From Rhina ancylostomus (lineage: Eukaryota), in NCBI GenBank assembly GCA_030265395.1, contig JARFYF010000059.1, forward strand, positions 22,028,161-22,092,160: 64,000 nt of DNA, written 5' to 3'. How positions within the stretch are numbered: the stretch's first letter is position 1; every line of letters starts with the position of its first letter. Shown in pieces: positions 63,610 to 64,000 of the stretch. The notes beneath the pieces were generated by a model. The model was not told the DNA's origin. It searched no databases and saw nothing but the letters and a program-made list of their open reading frames with translations. The position numbers were made by a program, and so were the translations under genes.

Positions 63610-64000
63610 TCTGCCACAGGTACAATTTGGCTGCTTTCTCCTTCAGGAATCCCAGCTGGGACAATGGTAGTGCTACCAAGCCACTCTTTGTGATGGGCAT
63701 TAAAGTTCTCCACTCAGGGAAGATTCTGTGTCCCTGCTTTCAGTGTTTCGTTCATATGTAATTTAACATGGAGGAATACTGATTCATCAGATGAGGGAGA
63801 ATAATAAATGGTAATCAGGAGGAAGTCCTGTTGCCCACATTGGACCTGACAGCAGGAGACCTCTTAGGTTCTGGAGTTAATATAGAGGACGCCAACACCA
63901 CTCCATCCCGCGTTTGTACCACCATGCTGCTCTCTCTGGTGGGTCTGTTCCTCTTGTGAAATAGGGTGTATCCAGGAGCTATAATGGAATAATCTTGCAC
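63610..64000 (-). mobile_element. LINE APE endonuclease fragment (CR1/L2 group)
   Basis: IIAPGYTLFHKRNRPTRESSMVV fits PGY...DR..RGGG.V; downstream gagaactttaatgcccatcac is GDFNAHH-like. Confidence 0.7.

Larger units (their letters stand above)
30136..64000 (-). other. PRDM16: PRDM16 intron 1 (3' part)
   Basis: Upstream of the exon 2 acceptor. No MRSKARARKLAK exon or CpG island seen. PRDM16 intron 1 is very long in vertebrates. Confidence 0.8.

Overview
This is vertebrate genomic DNA: AT-rich, CpG-poor, scaffolded with N gaps. The repeat content (HE1/V-SINE, Deu-domain SINEs, CR1, Penelope) points to a cartilaginous fish, probably a ray or shark. The whole window appears to lie inside one large minus-strand gene, PRDM16. 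Only coding exon 2 is visible (30135-29786, 350 bp, AG/GT splice sites), encoding the N-terminal part of the PR/SET domain. Sequence to its right is intron 1 and to its left is intron 2; I did not find exon 1 or exon 3. The introns hold decayed retroelements (CR1, L2, Rex1, L1/Tx1, Penelope, SINEs, probable LTR remnants) and several repeat-free, homeodomain-motif-rich blocks that may be conserved enhancers. Most notable: (i) minimal type-I hammerhead-ribozyme motifs in Penelope termini, all four copies degenerate; (ii) a recurring tail-out inverted arrangement of those termini; (iii) a PRDM16 PR domain with a MECOM-like FGPY segment and an unusual His; (iv) a young L1-type insertion with a perfect 16-bp target-site duplication. 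I found no clearly new biological system. Family assignments come from recalled consensus sequences, not database searches, and repeat boundaries are approximate.
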